Below, piece after piece: positions 14,348-27,356 of a DNA stretch of 64,000 nt. The translations under genes were made by a program, and so were the position numbers. Below the pieces are notes generated by a model. The model was not told the origin of the DNA. It was given only the letters and a program-made list of their open reading frames with translations, and ran no database searches. Position 1 is the first letter of the stretch; every line of letters starts with the position of its first letter. This DNA is from Octopus sinensis (taxonomy: Eukaryota): contig NC_043005.1 of assembly GCF_006345805.1 (NCBI RefSeq), forward strand, positions 79,856,001-79,920,000, read 5' to 3'.

Positions 14348-14436
14348 TGTAATATAAATGTTATTTAAACGTTGGGCATTAGTTTTGGCTAGACAGTGAA
14401 AACTAATGAAAGTGGGTGTCATATTTCTCTCCATCC

Positions 14437-14469
<33 letters not shown>

Positions 14470-14635
14470 TCTCTTTCTCTCTCCCTCTTTCTCTCTCTCT
14501 CTCACTCTTTCTCTATTGTTGATCACCTCGTCTTTTGTAATTTGTGAATATTCATACTCAATCACACTGCGCGCACACAAACACAAACATACACACACAC
14601 TCACAGATAGATATAGATAGATAAATAGATAAATA

Positions 14636-14764
<129 letters not shown>

Positions 14765-14800
14765 GTTATTTGTAAGACAGATTGACTTATATATACATAT

Positions 14801-14851
14801 AAGGCAGCAAAGGAGGATGACTTTCCCCAGACACAACAGGATATATTTTTA

Positions 14852-14893
<42 letters not shown>

Positions 14894-15106
14894 TTTATGT
14901 ACACACATGCTTTGCTCACTGAAAGAGCATTTCACTGTATTTTGGGATATTTTGATGTTTAAAAACATATCCTGTTGTGTCTGGGAAGAGTCATCCTCTT
15001 TTGCTGCCTTGTGATTTAACACACTCATCGGTTAAATTTCCACTTACCGGTGAGTGTGTTACATTGTAAGGCACAAAAAGAAAATGATTCTCCCCAGACA
15101 CAACAG
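14801..15106. repeat. Double inverted-repeat cluster of a short interspersed repeat (another copy 8253-8325)
   Basis: 14801-14855 is inverted to 14956-15010; 15018-15032 is inverted to 15046-15060 and the similarity continues to 15106. Confidence 0.8.
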
Positions 15107-15754
15107 AATAAGCTTCAACACACGAAGTCACATAAAGAATCTTGCAAACCAAATCCCAAAACAAAATAAAAATATATCATTTTTTTTTAAATACGGAATC
15201 GTACAATTTTACCTCATGTAAAGACAACATTATATTTGCTCCATAAGCTTTACTTGACCTTCTTAGTAATAAAAATAACAAACACACTATTATCGTTGAG
15301 ATCAGTTATAAGTCTTATTAGAATTTCGTTAGATAAAGAATATCCATCTTCTCCTACCGAACACTTCGAGCTATTTCTAGTGCATATAAACCAAGGCTCC
15401 TATAAACTAGCTGGCCTTTCTGGTTGGTAAGTGCATCTGATTATAAAATGGATCAATTCATTAAGTGAATGCTACGTAAATTAGATTGACTAATTTAGTT
15501 GACCTTTGGTTTCTAAACTTTATATATATATATATATTACTAGTCTCCCCGTCTGTAAAACATGTATTCTGTCCTTTTACCATTTTTTCTCTATCCAAAG
15601 TATTTTCCTTTTTAAACAAATGCATTTCAAATCGCTAGGCTGCAATAGCTTAAACTGCTCCAGATGTGTGAGTGTAAATCAGTCCTTTTTAACTATGTTT
15701 CGAAGCGAAATCAGCTACAACACATTAGTATTTTAATTGTCCTTGCTCCTATAA

Positions 15755-16445
15755 GCACAAGGCCTGTAATTTTGAGGGAGGGGGCTAATAGATTGCATTA
15801 ACCCCCATTACTTGACTGGTACTTAATTTGTCGACCCTGAAAGGATGAAAGGCAAAGTCGACGTTCACAAAATTTGAACACAGATCATAAAGATGGACAA
15901 AATAACAATTCTGCCGGCTGATTGCCTAAAAGAGAAATACGATTAGGCGGTCAACGGGATCTTTAAAATAAAGGGTGGGCCAAAAATCGCGCACAAAATA
16001 AGTTTATTATGCTCCGAAACTGCTAAAGACCAGCTTCAGTTTTCCTAAAATTGAATGTAATAAATAAAATAATGATGAATACACACTTGCTTGTATATGA
16101 TGAACAAAATGAATAATAATAATCATAATATAATGATAATAATGATAATAATACTAATCCTTTTTAACGAAGTTACGAGGCCTCAAATTTGAGGGTTGGA
16201 GAATAGTTGACCCCAGTGTTTTACTGGTACTTAATTTATCGACCCCGAAAGGATGAAAGGCAAAGTCGATCTCGATGGAATTTGAACTCAGAATGGAGCG
16301 ACGGGCGAAATACTTATTTCTTTACTACCCACAAGGGGCTAAACACAGAGAGGACAAAAAAGGACAGACAAACGGATTAAGTCGATTATATCGACCCCAG
16401 TGCGTAAATGGTACTTATTTAATCGACCCCGAAAGGATAAAAGAC
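15755..16445 (-). mobile_element. SINE family A copies (15755-15915; 16185-16445 dimer)
   Basis: ATCGACCCCGAAAGGATGAAAGGCAAAGTCG blocks. Confidence 0.8.
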
Positions 16446-17074
16446 AAAGAAAGCCACGCTGAATATCCCTAAGAACTACATCAAGGGTACACTTGTCTGT
16501 GGCGTGCTCAGCCACTTGCACGTTAATTTCACGAGCGGGCTTTTCCGTTGATCGTGTGAACTGGAAACCACATCATCCTCACCAACAGAGTGCCAATTAT
16601 AAATGGTAGCAGGATATGATTCGCAGGCGATTTAGTTTTTCTTGCTCCTTCTATCAATTAGAATGATTACGTAAATATTTCCTCTCAGACTCATTAGATT
16701 TCATTAGACTTTCTATAATAAGGTATATGACCCAGAATCAATTTTCTAGAATCATTAACGCTAATTATGCCTTCATTAATTCATGTATCGGATTAGATAA
16801 TGACTAATCAATTGATTGTATTTTAAAATTTGATCGGAGAATATAAATAATGGTTTTTGACTGTGTTATTACAAATCGTTCCATTGTTGTTCGTGGCTTT
16901 TAAGTCAATTGGTGGCTTCAGTTGTAGACCAATGAAAACTAATGAAAACCAAACGAATTATTGATAAGATGGCTTCATTTTACGCTGACTGCAGTTCGAG
17001 TAAAGGAAACCTTCTTCAGTGTGATGCTTAAAGGATCGTCAAAATTTATGGGAATCGGCATTATTGTCGCCGTC

Positions 17075-17213
17075 TTATGAAAAAAGAAAAGGCGGAGGAA
17101 TAATAATAATAAGAAGAAGAAGAAAAAGAAGAAGAAAGAAAGAAAGAAAGAAAGGAATAAAGAAAGAATGAAAGAAAATAGGGAAGGAAGAAAGAAAGGA
17201 AGGAAGAAAGAAA

Positions 17214-17246
<33 letters not shown>

Positions 17247-17309
17247 GAATAAAGAAAGAATGAAAGAAAATAGGGAAGGAAGAAAGAAAGGAAGGAAGAA
17301 AGAAAGGAA

Positions 17310-17346
<37 letters not shown>

Positions 17347-17645
17347 GAGGGAAGGAAACAAACAATGGAAAGTGTTGGTGATGAGGAGGAGGCGCAGGTG
17401 GTGGAGGACGACGAAGACGACGACCACGAGGAGGACAAGGAGGAGGACGGGGAAGACGGGGAGGAGGTAGTGGTGGTGGTGGTGGAGAAGTAGGAGGAGA
17501 AGGAGGAGGAAAGGAGGACGACAACGATGTCGAAGAAGAGAAAGAATAGTTATAATAATAATAATAACAATAAGAAGAAGAAGAAGAAGAAGAACAACAA
17601 CAACAACAACAACAATAACAAAAACAACAACAACAACAGAAACAG
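17075..17645. repeat. Compound purine-rich repeats (GAAA, GGA, AAC) with an internal duplication
   Basis: GGAATAAAGAAAGAATGAAAGAAAATAGGGAAGG occurs twice. Confidence 0.9.
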
Positions 17646-18174
17646 TAAAGGAGAAAGTATATTGGGGACAGGATTGGGTATGTAGTTAAGAAATTCACTT
17701 CGCAACCACCTGGTTCCAGGTTCGATCCCCTCGTGAGTAACCTTAGAAAATCATTCAGACCAATACATTTCTAAGTGGAATTAGACAGACGGAAACACCT
17801 ATATCTGGGGTATTCAGGAGCAAACCCAACACATGCAGACATGTAGCCATTGAAGTATGTGTGCGTGCGCAGCAGCTCAAACCATCAGCTATAAGTGTAA
17901 ATAATGTACTAGTGGTTAAAGGTTTTAAATTCGTGATCACAAGGTCGTGCTTTCTATTCCGGGATCGGGCAGTGTGTTGTGTTTGAGCAAAACATTGCAT
18001 AACATGTTGCTCCTCCAGTTCACTCAACTGTGCACGAGAAACCCTGTGCCGGACTGATGTCCCATTCATGGAAATGTTAAGATCTCGGTTAAACTATGGT
18101 CAGTTATAAGTCATGGAACCGGATAACCGGCCCTATGAATATCACAGGATTGGTGAGGGTAATGTCCAGAGGAC

Positions 18175-18209
<35 letters not shown>

Positions 18210-18297
18210 GCTGCTGCTGCTAATACTAATACAACTGCTTCTGCTGCTACTGCTGCTACTGCTGCTGCTACAACTACTACTACTACTACTACTACTG

Positions 18298-18353
<56 letters not shown>

Positions 18354-18723
18354 ACTGTTGATACTACTACTATCATCAATTGACCGTTGTGGTAAGAAGT
18401 AATTTTATTACTAAGCTGCTGAACGGAGGAGGATATGTGTGTAGATGTTACCATACTGGGATTTCACTAAAGTCTAGATGAGGGGAAATGCATCCGATAG
18501 ATCTGGATAGATACAAGCATCGATGTGGCTTATAAGAACAAGATTTGTGTTCAAACAGCACACACATACGCATAAGTAAACATGAATCAGGACACTTTAT
18601 AATATATACATGCATACATACATGTGTGTGTGTGTGTAAATAAAAGGTATAAATTTGTATATTTCAACTTTCATATACACTCGGACATACCTCTGTATAC
18701 AAAATTCTATCATAGTATTTGTA

Positions 18724-18871
18724 TTTTTTACGGGGATGTGAAACACTTTATAATTCTATATTGAGTGCTTGTCTATATATATATATGTCTAATGTCTATA
18801 TATATATATATATATATATAGACAAGCACTCAATATACAATTCTAAAGTGTTTTCACATCCCCGTAAAAAA
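18724..18871. repeat. About 57-bp inverted repeat around a TA microsatellite
   Basis: TTTTTACGGGGATGTGAAACACTTTA..TTGAGTGCTTGTCTATA / TATAGACAAGCACTCAA..TAAAGTGTTTTCACATCCCCGTAAAAA. Confidence 0.85.
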
Positions 18872-18889
18872 AAACTCATGAAAATAAAC

Positions 18890-19742
18890 AGACCTGATAT
18901 GTTCTTCAACACTTCTAACCTACAAGAGAAAAAAGTGACCATCAATCACATTGACACTACTGAAGAGTATGTATTGTCGGTCACTGACGATATAAACCCA
19001 ATCTCTGCAACATGTCCCGATGGACACCCAGCAATTCTGTTTAAAATATGCGGGAAATCTCTTGCAAATCCACTACAAATGCTTTTCCAGAGTTCCCTTG
19101 CATGCGGTACACTTCCTTAAATGTTAAAAGAAGGAACAATCTGCCCTGATCACAAAGGAGGAAGCAGAGCAGATGCTATAAACTACATGCCTATCTCTCT
19201 GACCTCACATGTCAGCAAGATCATGGAACGCATTGTCAGAAAAAGACTGACCATGTTCCTAGAGGAAAATGACTTGCTTACAGACACGCAACATGGTTTC
19301 CGTCCTGGACGTAGCAGCACTAACACAGCTACTACAGCACTTCGAGACTGGGTACTAAAACAACAACTCCACCATTCAAATGTAGATGTGATACATCTCA
19401 ACTTTGTCAAGGCCTTTGACTAAGTCGATCATGGTTTGATGTCACAAATAGCGTGACCTTGGTATCGCTGGAAGACTGGGAGAGCAGCTGCAGGATTTCC
19501 TAAGTGGCAGAGATCAGGCTATCACAGCAAATGGTACTCTCTCTGAAGTGACACCAATCCTCAGTGGAGTCTTCCTGGGAACAGTCCTGGGCCCACTACT
19601 GTTTGTGGTTGCTCTCTCGGACATGCACTCAGCCATGGAGTCAGCCACACTCATCAGCTACGCCGATGATACAAAAGTATTGCAGGCGGTCGAGGATCCT
19701 ACTGACATCCTAGGGTTGCAGAATGACCTGAACGTAATATAT
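18890..19742 (+). mobile_element. CR1/L2-group LINE reverse transcriptase fragment (pseudogenised)
   Basis: CPDGHPA, NYMPISLTSHVSKIMERIV, QHGFRPGRS, NFVKAFD, SGVFLGTVLGPLLF, SYADDTK; in-frame stops. Confidence 0.9.
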
Positions 19743-19954
19743 TGTACCAAAGGTCCCATATTCTCTATTGAGTATACGAACCCACATTGAGACAGGAGGC
19801 ACAAAGAAGAGCGGCAACGTATAAATATATATATGTGTGTGTGTGTGTGTATGTGTGTGTGAGTGCGTGTGTGTGTGTGTATATGTATATATGTATACAT
19901 ATGTCCAAATTGAGGGAGTGCTACAGGTAAAATCCTGGCTACATTTGTTTCCTA

Positions 19955-20115
19955 GTTAGCAGATCCCCGTAAGTAATAATTATTCAAAGAGGGGTACGCC
20001 ACTAGCTACTCACCTGGCCGAAGATACCTTAGTTAAATGAAGGTATCTACGGCCTAATAAATAGCTAGTGGAGTACCCCTCATTGAGTAATTACTAACTT
20101 CGAGGTTCTGCTAAC
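19955..20115. mobile_element. Fold-back (fully palindromic) MITE-like element flanked by TA
   Basis: About 78-bp imperfect arms GTTAGCAGA..GAGGGGTAC..ACTAGCTA..GGCCG.AGATACCTT and its reverse complement; TA at both ends. Confidence 0.65.
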
Positions 20116-20850
20116 TATGACACGTATGCAGCCAGTATTTTACTAGCTCTGTCCCCACAAGTGAATTTTTATTCGCACTCTTAGCAACCCTGGTTGCTAG
20201 CCATGAACTATAGAACAATTTTTTATCGGCTTATCGAACTTCTAGAACCTACAACCTTCTACGCAAAAAAACTATTGTTTCTACGGACTGATGGAAACTT
20301 AATAAATTCCTACACCGAGATCCTTGGATCTTACACTTACATAGCATTACGTACACACACACATACACATACGTACATAAAAGAGAGACAGACACGTCCA
20401 CAAAATGTATATATTTGTATATTTCATCTATATCATCATACCTATCTCTATTCATTTATGTATCTGTCTATCACACGCTTGAGCACTCACAAACACGCAT
20501 ACATACATACACAGACTAACATACATACAAAATGTATATATTTGTAATTTTTTTCTTCAGCTAGATACACACGCAGACATATGCAGGCATAACTATGTAT
20601 ACATAATTCTATCATACCTATATTTGTTACAAAACCTCACATGAACGCCGATGCATAATAAAACATAACACAAACAAGAAATAACATATAACACAATATA
20701 ATAGCACAAGTCTGTAATAAGAATGATAGATAAGTGCATATGGAACATACTAATTCACTGAATGTAATAGAGACAATTACAGACCTCGCTACATATAGAC
20801 AGTAGCCATATATATATATACATCTATATATCTATCTATCTATCTATCTA

Positions 20851-20923
<73 letters not shown>

Positions 20924-21521
20924 ATATATTATATATATATATATATGTGTGTGGTGTGTGTGTGTGGTGTGTGTGTGTGTGTGGTGTGTGTGTGTGTGTG
21001 TATTCAGATTCACATAAGGTCGTTCTTTCACCTTCCGCCGAAAAAAAAAAATAAAACACCTGAAAAAGAAACTTAAAAAAACGTATAAATACGTGCAAAA
21101 AAATAGAAGACAAAAAAAATTCATATCATTCCCCCTCCCCCCTTCAGCCCACTCTTCCTTCTTCCCCAAGAAAACAAAACAAAACAGAACAGGATTGAAA
21201 GAATAAATAACTATACATGCACAAATAGGATAGAGAACGATACAAAACGTATTCTTTTCAACAATAAGTCTATTGTGAGAGGGATAAAAGAGATGAGAAC
21301 ACTTTAGGCGGACAAAACAATGGCTGACAAACACAGTAATCGGATAACAAAACGAACAAGTAATTTTCATATAAAAGGATGAAGAGTTTATTTCAGGTTT
21401 TTCTTTTCTCTTTATTCTTCTTTTAATCTCAAATTGAACCACGTGAAAATATTTGTTTGTTTCTTTTGTAAATTTTTGTTCTTTATCTTCATCACCATCA
21501 ACGTCATTATTATTATTATTA

Positions 21522-21583
<62 letters not shown>

Positions 21584-21949
21584 TTGTATTTTGTATTTTC
21601 ATATGTATTTATTTCATATAATTTATTATTTTCATTTCAGTAGCAATTAAGTCCTCTGTTTTTCTCTTTATATATATTTTATATTCCATTTTTTTTTACT
21701 TCTTTATTTTTTGTCGTTTGTATATCTGTCTATTAGTGTGCATGTGTGTGTGTGTGTGTGTGTGTGTTTCTTTTCTCCCTTGTTATTCTCATTTATTTTA
21801 TCCGGATTGTCAGATATACTTAATAGGGTGAAAGCGAAATAAATTGCTAGTAACAATAACCTTTTATTCTATTCTCTCCCTCTCTCCTTCTGTCTTTCTT
21901 CCTCTCTCATTCTCTCTCTACTTCATTTCTTCTCACTAACCGTCAGATC

Positions 21950-22077
<128 letters not shown>

Positions 22078-24160
22078 CCCATATTTCTTCATATATTTAT
22101 GTATTGCTTCCCTCTGTCTCTCAATATTTCTCCTCTCTCTCTCTCTCTCTCTCTCGCTTTCGTCCATCTCCCTTTGTTCCTCTCTTCCAGTCTTTTCAAT
22201 TTCCTTTTCTTTTTCTTTTTCTGTTTTTTTTTTGTTGTCATATTTATGTAGGCTGCATTAAAATTACTGGGTTTTGTGATGGAGGTGATGATAAAGATAA
22301 TGAAACACCGAAACAACTATTGAAAAACAATATGGAGATAAAAAAAGAGACAATTGGAGAAAAATGAAATAAACGAAGATATGCAATCGACATAAATTGC
22401 AACAGACTCTATCAACAGCAATAGAAGTACGAACAAACTAGTTATATAATAAAAATTAGACATGGATTTATCAATAAACAGTAAACCACATATCAAGTTT
22501 ACGTTCATAACGGCAGTCATAAAATGGATCCAGAGTCTAAACCATTTAATATTGTAATTCTCTCCAGTAATGCGATTATTTGTGCATGAAAGCAATCTTT
22601 TAAAATTTGATCAAATGGCTTTCACAAAATATTAATCATACATAGAAATCAATTAATATTGCATGTTTGTTATTGTCACGTACATTTTTGTCAATGGAAA
22701 ATATAAAGAGATGCATGCTGGAATACGGAGTTTGTTATTAATTACAATAAATATTTCCGGATGCAACACTACTTGATAACAAGGATAGATAAAGAATGGA
22801 ATCTAGAAGCATAAAACAAGTAAAATATAAATTTTAATAACTGAAACAGAATAAAGATATTAATAAAAGTAAAATGGCATAAAAATAATCACTGAATATT
22901 TTTTGTTAACGCTGTGGAGATACTTAGGAAAAGAGATTTTCAGTTTTAAGAGAGTAATGCACGAATTCCGCTGCACAGCATGTGATAGTACTTGTTATTT
23001 ACATGAGACGACGAGGGTCCTTCTGCGTGGGTGCTTGCTTTCTTTGAAATATTAAACAAATATTCCTTCAAATCATATCTTTAGCTGCTGTAACGTTTTC
23101 TTTTCACAGCTCGATGTAATTCATTTCCTTTTTTACTCACTGTTGCAAATTATAATCATTTTACAACTACTAGGATATTATTCGTTTTATCACATTGTGA
23201 AAGCAGTGTCTATTATTTGCATATTCCACGCTCTGCTTCTGCGCTAATGTTCCATATTATTTTCCCATTGTTATGTCCTAAGAGATATTGTGGTGTGGTT
23301 TGTAGAAGTAGCAATGAAACCATTGCGTATGTATGTATGTACACGTGTCTACGCGTATAGGTACACCATGATCTATACATACGCATATGAGTGTCGATTC
23401 ATATGAAAAAGAAAGTGAACAAAATAGTATGACCACTTGCTTATCGGGAAATTTGTGAGTTCGATTTAAATTTATTCATATTTTTAATAAAAATAATCAA
23501 ACCAAGTGTTCATCATTTCGAGCCAGTGATCGGCGCGGTTAGTAAAATACCGCTTGGACATAGACGGAAGGTTCATCAATCTAGTTTCGAACACTTGGGT
23601 GTTAAGAATGTATGTTGTAATTTTTGAAACAGCCAGTTACCCACCCACCTCGAGATAGAGCACTTAAAATTTGTAAAATATACAAGAAGCGTTTTAGATT
23701 CAAGCAAAAGGTGATGGGCGTCACTCGCGAACGGATACGGTTTGGTAAAATGTGCCATGCTTCGCTACATGTTTCAGCACCCTGTGGAGCTATGAACTGA
23801 CATAAAAGCCCCTTCGACATTCCCATCTGTTGACGTAACCGTCCGTCCAAGGTGAGACAGGTGGAGGGAAGGAGAGGAAGAGAGAAAGATGGAGGGATAA
23901 TTAGAGTGGGAGAATGATCCACACCAGCGCTCGGCTGGTGTGACTCATTTTCAGCTGAGCACGCTGGAGCAATGTGTAACGAAATACCTTACTCAAGCGC
24001 ACAGCATGCTACTTGGTCCAGGAATTAAACCCTTGACACAATGACCTTCAGCCAAACCCTAACAACTAAGTACCGCTCCTTCACGGATCCAGATTGTGGA
24101 CTCACAGACACAGAATTACAAAGATTCGCCAGGAAATGCTTTAAATTTATATGAAATGCT

Positions 24161-24475
24161 CTCTTTACTCTCTTTTACTCTTTCAATTGTTTCAGACATT
24201 TGACTGTGGCCACACTGAAGCACCGCCTTTAGTCGAGCAAATCGACACCAGAGCTTAATGTTTGTAAGCCTAGTACTTATTTTATCGGTCTCTTTTGCCG
24301 AACCGCTAAGTTATGGGGACGTAAACACACCAGCATCGGTTGTCAAGTGATGTTGGGGGGACAAACACAGACACACAAACATATACACACATACATATAC
24401 ATACATATACATACATATACATATGTATATATATATACATATGTATATATATATATGTATATATATATATATGTA

Positions 24476-24534
<59 letters not shown>

Positions 24535-24568
24535 ATACACATACATACATACGCACACACACACATAA

Positions 24569-24613
<45 letters not shown>

Positions 24614-24620
24614 CATAAAT
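24161..24620 (-). mobile_element. SINE family B 3' half + microsatellite (head absent)
   Basis: CACCGCCTTTAGTCGAGCAAATCGAC..GAACCGCTAAGTTATGGGGACGTAAACACACCAGCATCGG. Confidence 0.85.
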
Positions 24621-25498
24621 AGGTAATCTAATTCATGAAACAATTTGAACCTGCTCATATACACATTTTTTGTTTCAATTAAGGAAAATTACAAGGTCTG
24701 TTGACACATATTTAGACTTATAATGTTGCGTAGTGGAGCGGACGCGCCACGAACACGAATGTCTTCAACATTCAAACTCATAAACACCATAACAACCGGA
24801 ATAACATATAGCCTAATGAGCCTGTTGGCCAGAAAAAGAATTTAATGTATTATTACATAGCATTCACTTATATTCCTTAGATTAATATTATTACCCTGGG
24901 TGCGTAAGCGAAAGTAGGGTTTTGTAACTATTAGTCTTTGTCTGTGTGTTTGCAAAATTACTGAAACACGGCTGAAAAGATCTTCATCACATTTGGTAGA
25001 AATACTCAGTGAGTGAGTGGCTCGAAATGATGAACACTTGGTTTGATTATTTTCATAAAAACAAAGAAGAAAACATTTTAAAGCGAACTTACAAATTTCC
25101 CTATAAGCAAGTAGCCATATCAGTTTGTTCACTTTCTTTTTCATATGAATCGACACTCGACTGCGTGTACCTATACGCAAAGACACGTGTGCAAACATAT
25201 ATACATACATAGGCGACTGTGAGTGTGTGTGTGTGTGTGTGTGTGGGCGCGCGTTCAACGATGGATTTGAGGGTTCCGTTTATTTACGAATTGATTTCTT
25301 GATTTTACCGGAATATGAATACCTATAATGGTGACACTTAAAAATAAAAAACAAAATAATAATTAATTCAGCTCAATTAATATGCACAGGTAAGCAGCGC
25401 ATTGTAAACCACACTAGAATTTGAAAAAAATATTGTCTGCGCGCAGGGTATGCATCGCCCGTACGATGCCATTTTTTTTTTTCATTATTATTATTACT

Positions 25499-26048
25499 AA
25501 AGGGCGGCGAGCTGGCAGAATTTTTGCACGCCGGGCGAAATGCTTAGCGGTATTTCGTCTGCCGTTACGTTCTGAGTTCAAATTCCGCTGAGGTCGACTT
25601 TGCCTTTCATCCTTTCGGGGTAGATGAATTAAGTATCATTTACGCACTGGAGTCGATGTAATCGACTTAATCCGTTTGTCCCCTCTGTGTTTAGCCCCTT
25701 GTGGATAGTAAAGAAATAGGTATTTCGTCTGCCGTCACGTTCTGAGTTCAAATTCCGCCGAGGTCGACTTTGCCTTTCATCCTTTCGGGGTAGATAAATT
25801 AAGTACCAGTTACGCACTGGGGTCGATGTAATCGACTTAATCCGTTTGTCCCCTCTGTGTTTAGCCCCTTGTGGGTAGTAAAGAAATAGGTATTTCGTCT
25901 GTCGCTACATTCTGAGTCAAATTCCATCGAGGTCGACTTTGCCTTTCGTCCTTCCGGGGTCGATTAAATAAGTACCAGTAATTGACTTAAAACCTTTGTC
26001 CTTGTTTGTTCCCTCTTTATTTAGGCCCTTGTGGGCAATAAAGAAATA
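25499..26048 (+). mobile_element. SINE family A, head + 3 tandem bodies
   Basis: About 168-bp period; junction GTAAAGAAATAGGTATTTCGTC twice; 3' end runs into (TTA)n. Confidence 0.9.
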
Positions 26049-26083
26049 GATTATTATCATTATTATCATTATTATTATTATTG

Positions 26084-26140
<57 letters not shown>

Positions 26141-26141
<1 letters not shown>

Positions 26142-27174
26142 TTTTTTTTTTCTTCTTTCAAATTTGCTTCCATTTCTTGCCGAGTGTCTTCCCGACTCCT
26201 AGGGCAAAGAGACTCATAGTATTCATTGGTAGGCCATTAAACCAAACTCAGTAGTTCGTTCATTTTTTTTTTTTTTTTTAAGTTAAATTAAAATACATGA
26301 GCAGCAACAGTTCTCACATCGACAATGCTCTTCTCAATACGTGTGATGTACCAGTTAAGACAATCTTTTGCACTTCTTGCAGGGATGGTAATCCAGGGAT
26401 CATTCTCATATAATTTTCGGTTCCCTTATTGATCATTCCTAGTGCTCCTACGATCACTGGTATTGTAACCGCCTTGAGATGCCACATTTTCTCAATTTCA
26501 ATGTGTAGGTCTTTATATTTTCTGAGCTTGTCAAACTCTTTCGCTGAGATATTATGATCACAGGGGATGCTCATGTCGATCAATAAGCAAACTTTATTGT
26601 TTTGGTCTTTCACAACAATATCTGGTTTATTGGCCTGATGGTTCGGTCTGTATGTACTGGAAAGTCCCACAGAATGGTTACATTTTCTCCTTCAGTTACA
26701 GCCTCGGGGTGGTGATTATACCACTTGTCGGCAGTTTTGATATTGTAATGCCGACTTATTAGCCAGTGGAGATATTGGCCAACTCTGTCATGTCTTAATT
26801 TATACTCCACTGGTGCTAAGACTTTACATCCAGAGATTCGGTGGTCCACTGTTTCAATCATGTCGTTGCAGAATCGGCATTTTGGGTCTGCTCCATTTTT
26901 CATCACATTGGCCTGGTAGTTCCGGGTTAATAGGCTTTGATCTTGAGCAGCCAGGATGAAACCTTCGCTCTCTGCTTTTAGCCCTGAGCTCCGTAGCCAC
27001 TGATGGGTTTGCTTCTGGTCAACATCAGCTTGTTTGCTGCGGGTCACATATTTGCCGTGCAGCGGTTTCTCCTCCCACCTATCAGCCAATTGCTCGTGCG
27101 GTTTTTTCATTGCCATCATTTTCACCTTCTTTGCAACAATAGTTGCCGTACTTCCCTCGGGTTGTTCAGTTTGG

Positions 27175-27175
<1 letters not shown>
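26141..27175 (-). mobile_element. Dong/R4-like RLE non-LTR retrotransposon, 5'-truncated (family 1)
   Basis: ORFs 26610-27125 and 26314-26670: FILAAQDQSLLTRNY, CRFC..H....C zinc knuckle, ILWD, KPDIVV..IDMSIP..KE..K..KY (PD-(D/E)xK), IVGALG. One 1-nt frameshift; 3' UTR abuts (TAA)n; 5' end also abuts (TAA)n. Confidence 0.92.
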
Positions 27176-27230
<55 letters not shown>

Positions 27231-27356
27231 GTTATTATTATTATTATCATCATTGTTATTATTATTATTATTATCATTATTATTATTATTATTATTATCA
27301 TCATTGTTATTATTATTATTATTATCATTATTATTATTATTGTTATTATTATTATT

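Noticed and set aside
22317-22595. Hydrophobic 92-aa minus-strand ORF
   Set aside because: Explained by T-rich composition; no splice or homology support.
23440-23720. Possible mariner-like remnant (HLGVKNVCC)
   Set aside because: Single weak motif and no TIR identified.
25499-26048. Regular SINE multimers as a CRISPR-like or satellite array
   Set aside because: Units are contiguous SINE bodies without unique spacers, in a eukaryotic context.
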